In this document: positions 62,996-64,000 of the stretch, piece after piece | Layout: each line of letters begins with the position of its first letter | Position numbering within the stretch: the stretch's first letter is position 1 | Source of the DNA: Macrostomum lignano | Taxonomy: Eukaryota | Assembly: GCA_002269645.1 (NCBI GenBank) | Contig: NIVC01000861.1 | Coordinates: 248,001 to 312,000 of the forward strand | Reading direction: 5' to 3' | Length of the DNA stretch: 64,000 nucleotides | Made by a program: the position numbers and the translations under genes | Notes under the pieces: model-generated | The model's database searches: none | The model's input: the letters and a program-made list of their open reading frames with translations, nothing else | Told to the model about the DNA's origin: nothing

Positions 62996-64000
62996 TTTGC
63001 AAAGGCCTCAAATCTTAGTTTAACATGCATTACTCCCATTTTTGCCTTTTTCCTAACTGTTAACAAGTTTTTGTTTGAGCATGACTTCAAATTTAGAATC
63101 TATGCAAAAATAGTTCCGGGAATTAGAATTCAGTGGTTTAAAAATCTGTGGGTTTTCACAGCTTGTATCTCTACTGGATTCGTATTCTGCATCTGATGAG
63201 CCATCTGAATCAGGGCTCTCATCTTCCATGCCAAATCGTCTAGCAAATCGTTCTTGAGCTATAGGTCACACTGTATTCACTTCACTTACTTCTGGACATT
63301 CATGAATCATGACTTTTGTAGTATGCTCACTACACTGTACTGACAATTTACTAATTGCTTCATGCCGCCACTAGATGACACTGATTAGCTGTTATAAAAA
63401 CGCGGAATCTGCACGCAGCACTAATTAGCTGGCGAGGCATTTAGCTTTAAAAATATGGTCATAGTTACTCCTGCCGTTTACCTAAAGTTTTTGCTTGGCT
63501 CTTTTATAGGTAAGTCGCATTTTTTACCGAAAACTAAGTCGCACGGCCAGCGTAATTTCAGAAGTTGCGCATGTATGGCTGGGCACCCAAAGCCACTGGA
63601 CAACTTCCAGTTTGATCTGGCTCTTTATCATATGCTGGAAGGAATGGTCATTCATGACATTCAAGTGGACAAGACTGGTAAGAGACACTTTGTCATGTAC
63701 ACAAATGAACAGGCTGCACTACTTTCTTCCCACAGAATCTAGTTTATTATTTACATTTTACTTATTTAATACTACATGTATTATATATTTGTACTATACT
63801 AGATACATAAAAAAAATCTTTGTGCTCGTAACTCTGCCATTGTCTGGTCCCAAGTCCAGAATGAGAAAGGAGGAGAAGACAGTCTCACTTCAGCCTCATT
63901 TTTACATATACTTGTACATGTATATAGAAGTATCTGTTAATTAAGTCTACAGACTACATGCTTATTATTAGTAGATGACAAACTGACCAAACTTTAAAGC

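Larger units (their letters stand above)
61557..63577. mobile_element. 2021-bp non-autonomous TIR element (P or hAT type)
   Basis: 15-bp TIR CATACATGCGCAACT / AGTTGCGCATGTATG; perfect 8-bp TSD GCTGGGCA (61549-61556, 63578-63585); TAAGTCGCA motifs near both ends. Confidence 0.92.
61435..63750 (+). pseudogene. Mutator-like (MULE) transposase remnant split by an insertion (61435-61556 + 63586-63750)
   Basis: Removing 61557-63585 gives one frame: LQENPELRLALDVPSIANLVRTTNQTWEAG-HPKPLDNFQFDLALYHMLEGMVIHDIQVDKTGKRHFVMYTNEQAALLSSHRI*FI, resembling the MULE segment just before the W..DGTF motif; DGTF itself is absent. Confidence 0.65.

Overview
This is eukaryotic (animal) genomic DNA, with GC-rich spliced exons set among very dense micro- and minisatellites and transposon debris. 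The style resembles the flatworm Macrostomum, but that is an inference only. Two genes are recognisable: sorting nexin 1/2 (+, 4 exons, 20640-24588) and mitochondrial 3-hydroxyisobutyrate dehydrogenase HIBADH (-, 2 exons, 52430-54243). Four genes of unknown family can be modelled from splice signals: a low-complexity protein with a Cys-rich tail (8824-10730), a Tyr-rich small protein (27787-28152), a signal-peptide protein (36519-41835) and a 4-exon gene (56557-59658). Mobile DNA includes a three-level nest of DNA transposons plus a tRNA-derived SINE (13483-17799), a P-element/THAP cluster (30780-33285), several RTE-type LINE fragments, a solo LTR, and a 2-kb TIR element that splits a Mutator-like transposase. 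The most notable observations are: (1) an 858-bp P-family mini-element with ~140-bp TIRs that encodes only an intact THAP domain, a candidate KP-like repressor; (2) an old chimeric duplicate joining the 3' end of HIBADH in frame to an exon of the secreted-protein gene, in head-to-tail (circle or tandem-duplication) geometry; (3) large arrays of CCAATCAG and AG|GTAAGT motifs; (4) a different private minisatellite in every long intron. Most long ORFs in the supplied track are artefacts of tandem repeats.
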